Below are positions 23,601-35,600 of a DNA stretch of 64,000 nt, in pieces. Each line of letters opens with the position of its first letter. The stretch's first letter is position 1. The DNA is from Octopus sinensis. Its lineage: Eukaryota. Both the position numbers and the translations under genes were made by a program. The stretch spans positions 77,376,001 through 77,440,000 of the forward strand of contig NC_042999.1 in the NCBI RefSeq assembly GCF_006345805.1, written 5' to 3'. The notes under the pieces are model-generated. The model saw nothing but the letters and a program-made list of their open reading frames with translations. It was not told the DNA's origin and did no database searches.

Positions 23601-26600
23601 CGTTTAACGCCCGTTTTCCATGCTAGCATGGGTTGGACGGTTCGACTGGGGTCTGGGAAGCTAGGAGGCTGTACCAGGCTCCAGTCTGATTTAGCAGTGT
23701 TTCTACAGCTGGATGCCCTTCCTAACACCAACCACTCTGTGAATGTAGTGGGTGTTTTTTACGTGCCACCGGCACAGGGGCCAGAAGAAGCTGGCAAACA
23801 GCTACGATCGGTTGGTGCTTTTACATGTTGCTGACATGGATGCAAGTCAGGCAGCACTGGCATCTGCCACGTTCAGATAGTGCTTTTTATGTGTCACTGG
23901 CACGGGTATCTTAACTACAATTTATATTTAGGTGAAAGGCTGAAACCAAAATATATTATAACATTAAGTGGGTATGATTTATTTACACGGTAACTTATAC
24001 TTATGATAAGTTAATATGTATTTTTGCTTGTTTTTATCTTTTTACCTACAGCTTATAGGTTAAAGTTTTAAAAAATAATACCTCAAACTATTTAATAACG
24101 TCTTATGCCAAGGCATACTTGCTGGCAATTAACCATCAAATAGGAGTGGTACAATCTTTTGTAGAAACTACTTGTAACTCTGGTTTCATGCTCGGTTAAT
24201 TACACAATCTCCAACAATTTAGGTTGGCTGACTATGTTAAAGTATGGCTTTCAGTTTGTACATGTTAGGAGTGAAATAGATGAGACACAACTCAGGATAT
24301 TCAAATATAAGTTGTGTCTGGGGAGAGTCATTTTCTTTTTGTGCCTTATAATTTAGCACACTCACCGGTAAAATTTCCACTTATTTCTTATTTTTATTTT
24401 CCTAAAATTTTCGTTGCATCAAGACTATTGACGCAACGAAAATTCTAGGAATATAAAAATAAGTAGAAATTTTACCGGTGAGTGTGTTAAATTATAAGGC
24501 ACAAAAAGAAAATGACTCTCCCCAGACACAACAGAATATGCTTTAACACACGAACTCACATGAATCTTGCAAACCAAATCCAAAAGCGAAATACAAATAT
24601 AAGTTGTTTCCCTTGAATGCTAAGTTAATTGAAAATTATATTAACTATAAAGAAACAACTCTGTCGACACTTTTGACTCCCTTTCTTTAACCTCTATGAC
24701 AAATCTTATGGAATGTATTTAACTAACAATCCTACCGTTCAATAAAAGAATCTGCACCAGGACGATGAAACGGAGGCAAATTTTCACTACTTAGATTGAA
24801 GCTTAGACATATTCTAGATCAGACTACTAGGAAATAGTGAGGTAGGAGTCCAACAATTTGAGACAGAGATTGTGAATAGACTATGAAAATTAAAACAATG
24901 TGCTATGAATAGGGAAATAGTATGCCTTCCTACAGAAAAGTCCAGCAGAATGTCAGAAAACTGCATGCCAGAATATGTCCAAATGGTGCTACTAAACATG
25001 AATGCCATAAGAGAAGTTACACCATTGGAACCTGACAAACTAGAAAAAAAACTTCTTAATGCACACATGGAAATGTGCTTTAATGTACTCCAACCAAGAA
25101 AGTGGACTACATATAATTTCCAAGTCACCATAATGATATTCTAACTTTAAGGCAATCCCATATCCAGTTGCTGGACCCTAACCTGGCCAGTTTGTGTGGC
25201 TAATATCTTCAGTAATTATAAGCTATCCTACTTCCTCTTAATAGTAATGAGGACGTTCATTAAAATGAGATGTCTGTGAGAGCACAAAAGAATCAATGAC
25301 TGTAACCACTCCAGCAACCTTACAGGTTGTATAATGAACAGCAAGGATATAATATCCTTATATCTATCTATCAACATTGATTTTGCTGCAGAGAACTGCT
25401 TGGAGATTGTCTACAAGAATGAAGTAGAGTCATGCAATGTAAGTATGAGTGAACTAGGTCTTCTCTTCAGACTAGTGTATAACAACAACTACCTTAACCA
25501 ATATGACAAGGAGATTCTGCCCCACCGGATCTGAATGAGGTAGAAACAGGAAACATTACAGTGGATAGACTAGACTCGTCTAAAGTTTGAGAAAAGCACT
25601 CAGTTACGAAAGATGATCACACATGCCATTGATGCCAGCATTAAAACTGCATTGAAAGGCCACGTGTTCAAATTGTGTACACAAGGAAAAACTGCATTAA
25701 AAGGCCATGTGTTCAAACTGTATATGCAAGAAAAAGGGGCAGTTAACCATGTTAGTATCACTGGAGATGTGGCTAGCTGCTTCATGAGCTGGCAGGACAG
25801 AAAACTTGAGAATAAAAATTCATAAAGGTCTATGTAGATGACATAAAATTTATAGTTAAGGTAACCCCATAAAGTTATGCTAACAAACATGAAAGCATCC
25901 ATTTCATAGCTAACAATACCCCACAAAGTATCAATGTGATGATAAGACTACCCAAATAATAGATTCTATACCATTGATATTGAACTCTAGCCAGAAATGA
26001 GATTACAAGGTACAGCTCTTCCATTCATATTATGTAAAACCCTGGCCTCTAAGTATTTAGTCCATAGGAATTCTGCCATCTCATAATGTTAAGATAAATA
26101 TGTTTATTACAAATTTGGTAAATAACAGTAAATTTAACACGATCTTTAATGTTAATACAGTGGCCTAAAGTCAAAGTACAAGTGGAAAACTTCACACATG
26201 TACAACATGTCCACTTACAACATCCGTTGCAGTAGCATGATAGCATGGGTTGGACGGTTCATGGAGGCTGCACCAGGCTCTAGTCTGATTTGGCAGTGTA
26301 TCTACAGTTGGATGCCTTTCCTAACGCCAACCACTCCATGAGTGTAGTGGGTGTTTTTTACGTGCCACTGGCACAGGAGCCAGAGCAGGCTGGCAAACGG
26401 CCACAATCGGTTGGTGCTTTTACGTGTCACCGACACGGACGCCAGTCAGGCAACGCTAGTATCTGCCACGTTCGGACGGTGCTTTTTACATGTCACCGGC
26501 ACAGGTGTCTTAACTACAATTTCCATTTCAATTTTTATTTTGATGTTGTTGAAACTGGGTATGCAACCTCTTAAGGATACTATATTTACTGTTTTGCATT

Positions 26601-29600
26601 CTACTATGTGGAAATATGTGTTTGTTACAACTTATAATCCATGAAGTCCAAAATGCAACCAAAAATAACAATTTAAAAAAATTTTCATTTGCATTGCGGA
26701 GCTTGAAAAAATATTTAACCATGAAGTTCTTTATACACCTTTCTTTTAACCCTAATTCGCAACAAAATATCGATTCTTGGTTACCTATTTCGGAAGTTGC
26801 ACTTTTCACTCCACCCTGCTGTGTATTGCATATGTATCTTGACACTAAATTGGTTGTTAAACATGATGTAAATCAAGATTATAGACCTATGGCTTAATAA
26901 ATATATATTGGTGTATTATACATACATTTGTTTTGTGTGTGTGTTTATATGCTTGCATATGTATGTGTGAAGCATAATACATTGGTAGGTGAATTACTTA
27001 TTTCCTTGGGTTACCAAAATGAAAGTCGAAGAGTCATAAAATTGTAATATGGTCACCCAGCATTCCCAAGATAAAATAGTCCTACAGTTCATTATGTTGA
27101 GTAGGTTTACTTTCATAGATTCAGGCTGACCACTACTTTGTGGATGAAATTTGGTATACAGAAAGTAAGTGGAAAACGATTGGCTTGAATGGAAACTAGT
27201 ACATCCAGGTAATCTTATATTTATGGCCAGCCGAGTTATCTCCCCTTGTGCTAATGTTTATGCCAGCCTCAAATACAGTCAAAATAATAGGATTGATATA
27301 CTTGACTGACAATCTTTGAAATGTGTCCCATGGTCGCAATTCAGTGGCTGAAACCAGTGAAAGAATATATATATTTGAAAGATATCTATTAAGTTAAAAT
27401 ATTGGAATATATTTACATTTTTAGTTATTGTTTTCAATAAGTAAATATAATTAATCTTAAAATAAAGTCTTTATGCATTAAATTCCTTTTTTCTCTCTAT
27501 TTCAATTTGTCTAGAATCTTGATAATGAAGCACTTTCAGCTGTTTCATTAGAAATTGAAGACTATGTCAATCCTGATTACAAATTCTTCCCTAAGTAAGT
27601 ATTTTTCATTTGTTACCATTATTATTTTCTTGTTAGATTTCATATTCAAATCTCAACAAGATTGATTTTGCCCTTCCATTTCTCAAGGGTCATGATAAGT
27701 AATTATCAGTCATGTTTTGTAGTAAATTCAATCAATCAGCTGTTGTATGCTCCAGTATTGGAATTTCGAACCTAACACTTTATTTGATCCACAGGGATAT
27801 ACTATTCAAATACAATACAGTCATCTAGAGGTTCTCAGTTCAATCCCAGGCAAGGCACTAAGGTAATTAACAAAAAAAAAAAAAATCAACTGATGCAAAA
27901 AATGTCACGAAATACAGAGAGCAGAGTGAGAACAGTGTAACCCCATGGATCAAATGAAGGGTTAGGGTTAGGGTTGAAATTCCAATACAACAACCGAGTT
28001 CAACAAAAGACACTTGAAGAAGGCTAGAACATACAACAACCAAAACATAGTGAAATGAACAATCAAGATGAGGACATCAGTCCAGCTAATATGAAAATAT
28101 GGCAATTTCATGGCAATATGATTCTGCAGTAATGGTTTTTCTGTGTTTTAAGAAGTTATAGTAGATGAGTCCAGCAGTACACCACCAAACAGTCACCATA
28201 ACCTTCTTTTTGAAGAGCTCGGATTTAGGGAAGGTTTTTGTTGCTTCACTTTGGTCCAACCACTGCGAAGAACATTTTTTTGTTATTGTACAGAATCTAC
28301 TTTTTATCACAAGTTACAATACGGTTGAGAAATTGATTAGTCTAGTTATGGAGAAAAAGCGACAAGCAAATTTCATATCTGCGCATCTTCTGATTTTTAT
28401 TTAAATCATGTGGTACCCATTTGTTGAGCTTTTTTTGATTTTCTAATCGCATGCAAATGGTTTCTGGCAGTTTTCTAGCTAACTTGAAATTCTTTTGCTA
28501 GTTCTTGAGTGGATTTTTCTCAATGACGGTCTTTAATTGACCATCATCAATGACAGATGGACCTCCACTACGCTCATGATCTTCAAGGCTCAGGTCTCCA
28601 CTGTGAAATCGTTTAAACCATTTTCAAGCTGACTACTCACTAGTCATTTCCTCACCAAACGTTTTGTTGATATCGCAAGTAGTTTCCTCTATTTACATCC
28701 TTTTTTGAAGCTGAACAGCAAAATTGCTCGAATATTGCATTTTGACAGTTCTATTTGAGATGATTGTAAAAAATATCAATGTTTATTTGTTGATGCATTT
28801 GGACAAGTGTGTGTATATATTATCAAACAATTGTAAAAAAATGTTTAAAAAAATTTTAAACTTTGCAAAATCCGATACAAATTCTTCATGGTTCAAAACA
28901 CTTCTTACTTTTTACTCAACCTGATATTTTACAGTCATCAATCATGCACTGGGGTTGATTCAAATGATTATACCCAAATTATTATCCTGGAATTTATGGC
29001 CAAAAGAGATCATTATTAATTATTTTAATTAATGTGTCTGTGAGGAATGGACTATTAGAGTGAACAGCATCACACTCCTGGTCAAAAACTCTATCAATTC
29101 CTTGCAAAGCCTTCACTTAACGGCAGTTAAACCACATAGAATAAAAATGGGGATGGGGGAGATATGCCAAAATGTAAGTGACATGACAAATGAGAAATTT
29201 TAATTGTTTCAACTAATCATATTGATTGAATCATAATATTTTTTTAATGAACGAATGAATAAAGCTGCAATGGTCTTACTGATTGAGAATCATGAAATTC
29301 AATGTGTTCTTATGTTTCCAGTGCTTACAAGAATATCAAAGAATTCAAAACATTGATTGATGATGAACTTCTTGCTGTAACATGCCCAGACCTCCAAAAA
29401 AATACTCAACCAAAAGCATTACCTCAGAATGCCAGAAGAACTTCTTCAGATTCCTTTCATCAGCCTTCATCATCATATAATCCATCTCGTTCAGACCAAC
29501 ATTTCCATTTCAGGTTTGTCATACTTAAAACTTTTACAAAGTTGTTTATATTTACCTGTAATTTATCTTTAAAATAATGGGTTTTTTTGGTGGGGGGGGG

Positions 29601-32600
29601 GTATATGTGTGCTTTTTTTTCTTTTTTCTTTTTCTTTGCAAGTATTGGTTTCTTTTGTCTAATAAAAAAAAATGTCATAATACAGGCAAGACAGAAACAA
29701 GAAATTGTAATATCCATGCTTTCCTTAGTGGTGCAGGTGAAGTTTATATAGAATTGACATATTCACAGACTCATATCACATCTTACTCTATGGTACTTGT
29801 CACTTTTCTTTTTTAATGCTAACAAATACTATTTTGGCACAGTAACACTTCCTTTCTAAGCATTGTGATGTATAATATAGACCATTATATCTGTCTTGGA
29901 GTAGACCAAGAATGAGATGGTTGGATAATAGCCATTGTCACACTGGTTGCTTCTGATAGGACCCTATGGAAAAGCTGACTACACCCATGACACTTCCTAG
30001 AATAGTGGGCAGAAATGGATGGATGGATTGTAAGTCACTTAGTCTCAAGTGACTTAGAGTAGTTAGGATTTTGAATAGTTAATTAAATTTCACATCTTAA
30101 AACTTTAATATCTAATAATTCCTGGAAATTTTAGGTACAATGACTGTAACTGCTGACCACATATTTGGTCATGAGTTCAAAGTTTTCTGCTACACTTAGA
30201 ATTTTTGTATGAAGCACATGTCACTACTTGCTTCAGTGTACTCAACTGATGGCATGTTCTGCTACTCTTCATGACTAAGTCGTTCAGGTAGGAAGAACAA
30301 CCAGCTATGAATGTAGTTGCTCAAGAAAATGTTTTGCTCTTGCTAAATGGAAAAATGGAATAAAAAACATTTACAATCTTCAAAACAAAGAAAAGCATTG
30401 AACAACTTTTTAAAAAATTGTTTTAAAACTATACTAATAATTTATTATTAGTAGATACAGTCAAGCTGCATGGTTAAGAAGTTCACTTCACAGCAATGTG
30501 AATTAGGTTTGATCCTACTATATAACAACTTCAGCTATGCTCAGTTCTCATCCACCCCCTGTTTATTACAGTTTTTCTTTTTTTAATTATAACAGAGGTA
30601 TTTAAGATTGGTTGCTGATAGGAAACCCTGTATGATTATGACCTAATTTTCATGGCTGAAGACTTAAGAAATTCAAAACTTAGAAGTGAGAGGCCCCATT
30701 AAACCTAGCAAAGACTAAAGTTCTAATTAGTAGTTTAAAAAGAAATAATAATGAAATTATTGTATACAGTGCTCAGGTGCACCACAACTTGTCAAAAGTG
30801 CGTATAAAGCATATGCAGTAATGTACAAATGTCTGGAAAGTGAACAGTGTATAAGTCAGATACATGCTTGCGTGTGTATGGAGGGGAGAAAATCAGGTGT
30901 AGTGTTGGTGAATCTCAGGAAGCATGGAAGTTTTGAAGGATGCAGTGCTCCGACAATTAACAAATGATGCCGGCAGTTTGTTCCATGCTTCAGCAACTCT
31001 TAGCGTGAAAAAATGTTTCTGAAAGTCAAGGGAGCTGTGCTGTTTTCTGACATTGTAAACATGTCCATAGGTGTTAGACAGATGGAGTTTGAAAGGATGC
31101 TCAGAGTTATTGTTTGTAAGATGGTTAATAATTTGCCATTAGGCAAATGACCATGTTTAATATGAAGAAATAATAGGTAATAAATTCCATATGACATACT
31201 CAATGTTAACTGTGGTGCCCATGAGGTGCAGTGAGATCATAAGGCAGGTTGATAGAGAAGACATCCTACAATAGTAAGCTTCAAGATGATCCATGAAGTA
31301 AAGTCTTTCAAAAGCCTTAATATCTTCATTACCTAGGTGGTTTAATTAGCAATGGAGGAGAGTGTCCTAAAATTATAATTACCAGAGTAAGAACAGGGTA
31401 AAAAATGTTGAGTAAGTTATCACTTCTGCTGGCAGCAAAAAGATTCTTTCTCCAATTGAATGGGAGACTGTCTGATGTTTTTGTATGAAGTACAGTGTTG
31501 CTTGGTAGTGAATGTGAACATTGAGTGAAGATAAGATGTGAAAGCTGGAAATAAGTGAGGCAGAGATACTCAGCTCAACATGTAATGTTAGTGTTCATAA
31601 ACAATAGGACACATGAGTTGCAAAGTAAAATTAGGTATGAGAGGAATCAAATGTAGAGAGCAAAAGGAAGACTGAACTGGTAAGGACATGTGTTGCATAT
31701 GCAGGATGATAGGCAAAGAAGTGTTGAGCAATCTATGTAGAAAGTGCTTGCAGAAAAGGAAGACTGAGGAATAAATAGTGAAAGCTGATCTCAGAAAGTT
31801 ACATGTATTAGATGACAAAAGACAAGTGATAAATTCTGTGCTTAAAACCTGTCCATCCCATGTAAGCATGGGAAAACATATACAATAATGAAGATGATCA
31901 TGTGCATAATTGCTTCTCATTAATACTATCATGACTTATTTGTTTCATCTTGCTTTTCTTTTGCTGCTAGGAATCCAGTTGATCCATTTAACTATGGTAC
32001 TGGGGATCTTGATCCACTAGCACCTGGTGGTGGAATGTCATTTGATCCAAGGTTCGGTGAAAGGGGTTTTGGACAGCTTCCCAGACCAAGGTTTGTTAAC
32101 TTCTCTCTTAATTTAATTCCAGAACTTTTTTTATCTTTTCTTATTAAATTATGTATGAATTTTATTTATTTGATACATATAAAAATAAAATTGAAAAATA
32201 TATTTTGAGTTATTTTTGTTTTCATTATGTTGTAAGCTTAAAGTCCTAGAGGACATAACAGCTGCCACCATTCTTGTTATTTCCCATGATATCACTTTTA
32301 TCTTTTTGCCTAGTCAGTTTGTAACATTTCTTTATCATTTAGATTTGTTTTCTTATAGGAAGATAAAACTTTTAGTTTTAAGATTGTGAGTTTAACAGAT
32401 TACCTTTTAATTTCAATGATTTTGTTTTATAAACATCAAATATACAGAATCCAAATAATTTTTTTCTTCATGTAGCTATGTTCAGTGTTTACTATCAAAG
32501 GGAAATTAATTATGTTATGTTCATGACTTCTTCAAAGCATTAGTTGTGTAAGAGACTTGCAATAACTCCAACAAAATACAATACCTGGGTAACAAACTTG

Positions 32601-35600
32601 GCTTACAAGAAGCTTCCCGCCACCATATCATTTAACTTCTAATAGGTGTGGAAATAGAAATGGTTATACATTAGGCTATATACCTTATCTAATTTTGTCC
32701 ATCAACCCTATTTGTTGCCTTGATCTTTCACTTCTTCTAGGGTTAGTAATATAAGTACCAATCATGTACTGGAGTCATGTCAATGAGTTATACCTTTTTC
32801 CTATATATTTGCAGTACTGTGTCAATGATAATGATTTCTTATTTTTCCTAGACAAGTGTGAAATAGTGAAGAAAGTTGAAAGTCAGAGTAAATTCTTTTT
32901 AGGATTTAGTGACCCACTCAGTATCATCATTTAATTTCCAATTCCCATGGTGGCATGGGTTAGATAGTTTGACAGGATCTGCAAGCCATAGAGCTGTGTT
33001 GGGTGCCAATGACAGCTTCGGCATAGTTTCTGTGGTTGGACGCCCTTTCTAACAGCAGCCACTTTATAGTGTGTACTGGGTGCATGTTAGGGGGACAAGC
33101 ACAGGTATCTTGCTATGGGAGAGATACATGGCTACCTTGCATTATATGTGTAGGTGGATAAGGGTAACTGGAAGGGAGGTAAAGATAGCAGTGATAGGAT
33201 GCCAGAGTGTACTCTCAAGGTACAAGAAGTGAGTATAAGGGAGAACATAGACAGTGAATCAGTGGGGGAAAGAAAGAGTGGTAATTTCATAAGAGTGTGG
33301 GAGATGAGTGACAGATGGTTAGAGATTGGGTTAAAGGTGGAGGGAAGTGTGGTTGATGGTAAATATCAGTGTGGAGCGGGGAAAGTGAGAGAGATAGAAC
33401 TGGCTCCAGAAGGAGATGGTGACAAGCAGCATTATTAATTTTATGTCTGTCTAGATTGATTTATGCCTTTCACCTTTCTAGAGTCCAAGTCAATGAAAAT
33501 GTTCTGGCTGCATAATTAAATACTATTTCAATTTGGCTGAAACAGTAAAAGCTTTTTATATTTTCTTTTGTTTAATTTTCATGCTTGCATTGGTTAAATA
33601 TAGAATACTTTCATTTGTCTCAGCCTTGTGTTTTATCAACCATAAAGTATGATGTTCTAAGATATGGTCTTACTCTTTCATTCCATGTCTTTTTTGTTTT
33701 TTTTTGTATACTTCATTTTACATTGAAATAAGTATTTTACTGGTCTATTCTTTCATTTTTTTATTTTTCAGATTTGATTTAATTGGACCTCCAGGAGTTT
33801 TGTAAGTTACACACTGATTATGATTTTAGGGGTTCATGTATAAATGTGTGATTGAGGCCTTTCTGAAGAATTAGTCTTCATGTAGTGTAACAGAAAGTAA
33901 CTTGACAAAATTGTTCCTCATTAGTTTATTATAATTTGGAAATTCAAATACATCATTCCAAACTATCACATCACTTGTGGATGAACCAGTAATGAAGTGT
34001 TCTAGAATCTCCTTCAACTCATACCCTATTGTCTTACAAAAGAAGAATACATTGATGAATGTAGTTTTGGTTGTTCTGTGTCTTTTGATAAGATGAGATG
34101 ATCATGGCTGACATGCATTTGATCACAGATCTGCTCAGTCAGGTTTCACCTTAGCTAAACTACAAAGCACTTGTCAGTCATATAGTACTTCTTTACAGCA
34201 ATGATCTGTACTCCCACTTTACCTAACATTATTTACATTTGCAAAAATTTGATCAATAAAATGTTAAGTACTTTCTCCTAGAAAGACATTGCAGTGCTGG
34301 TGGTAGAGCTTGAATCAATGACTCTCCAATAAATACGAAAGACTCTTCACTGACTGTAATTAAATAAATGATACGGCCAAAAAGAAAAATTAGTCTTTTG
34401 AAACAATCATTGAAAGCTTAATTTAATTTTATGTATTTTAGTCAAGTCAGCCTAGCAGAGCTTCTTTCTGAACTGAGCCATTGAATAAATTCTCAAATAT
34501 ACAGGGGGGTGGGTACAGTATTTGAATTGTAGACAAATAGTTCGTTGTTTAGTTATAGCTTCATACAAGTTTCTCTCTTGCCTCACTGGTGATTAAACAC
34601 TGCAATAATTTCCCATGGCAGCAGAAAATCATTTTCTTTAAATCTTGATATTTTTGTCTCTTAATAATCATATTTATAATACTATGATTCAAAATCTATT
34701 TGTTTGTGTGTTGTGAAATTTTAAGGAAATAGTATATTGTGGTGATAAAATGTTTCAGTAAGTGTACCCTTATGCATAAGCTCTTTTGCTTAAAATAAGT
34801 TCCTGCACATTTCTGAAACATTGAAAACAGGACAATTTTTTTTTCTTTTTATTATATCAACACAGAAAAGAAAGTACTCTCCATTGATGGACAACTGACA
34901 ATAGGAAATAACACATGGGCATGTATGCACACACAGAGAATCAAAAACGATATATCAAGCACATAACAATATAGCATTCTCAGTAGTATTAGTGATTAGG
35001 GTACTTGGTTCACAATTGTAAGGTTGTGAATTTGATTCTTGGTTTTGTATTGTGTCCTTGAGCAAGACACGTTATTTCATATTGCTCCCATCCACAGCTG
35101 GCAAAATTTAGTAGCACCTGTATTTCAAAAAGTCAGTCTTGTCACATTCTGTGTCATGCTGAATCTCCCTGAAATGCATTAAGAGTACATGTGTCTGTGG
35201 AGGGCTCAGCCACTTGCATATCAATTTCACAAGTAGGTTATCTATTGTTTGTTTGTATGTCTTTTTTCGTAAGGAGATAAAAAACCAAGGCTGTGTAGAT
35301 TTTAAAACATTTATAGATAGGTCTTACAGCTGTTTCCAGGATATTTATTATATCCCTCCATCAGAGACGGTGTGAGAAGATGGTTAAGTAATAGTTAATT
35401 TAGATAAGATACAAAATAGAGAGTGAGGCGGAGGAAAGAAAGTAGATGTGAGATGTGTAGGGATATTGTATTTGTAGATCTATTTTTAGGCAGAATGGTA
35501 TACATATAAGATAACAATACCTTATGAGTAAAATCCAATAGTGTTTAAAATTGGTCATTCCAAGTATAGAGTTTATACACAGTATTATTGAATCAAGGGT

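Noticed and set aside
24740-25560. ORFs at 24814-25144 and 25334-25534 as host genes
   Set aside because: They look like heavily decayed LINE endonuclease/RT sequence within PSMF1 intron 2; too degenerate to classify.
27958-27975. Telomere or interstitial telomeric array
   Set aside because: Fewer than three TTAGGG units; similar short runs occur inside other repeats (21.2 kb, 43.2 kb).
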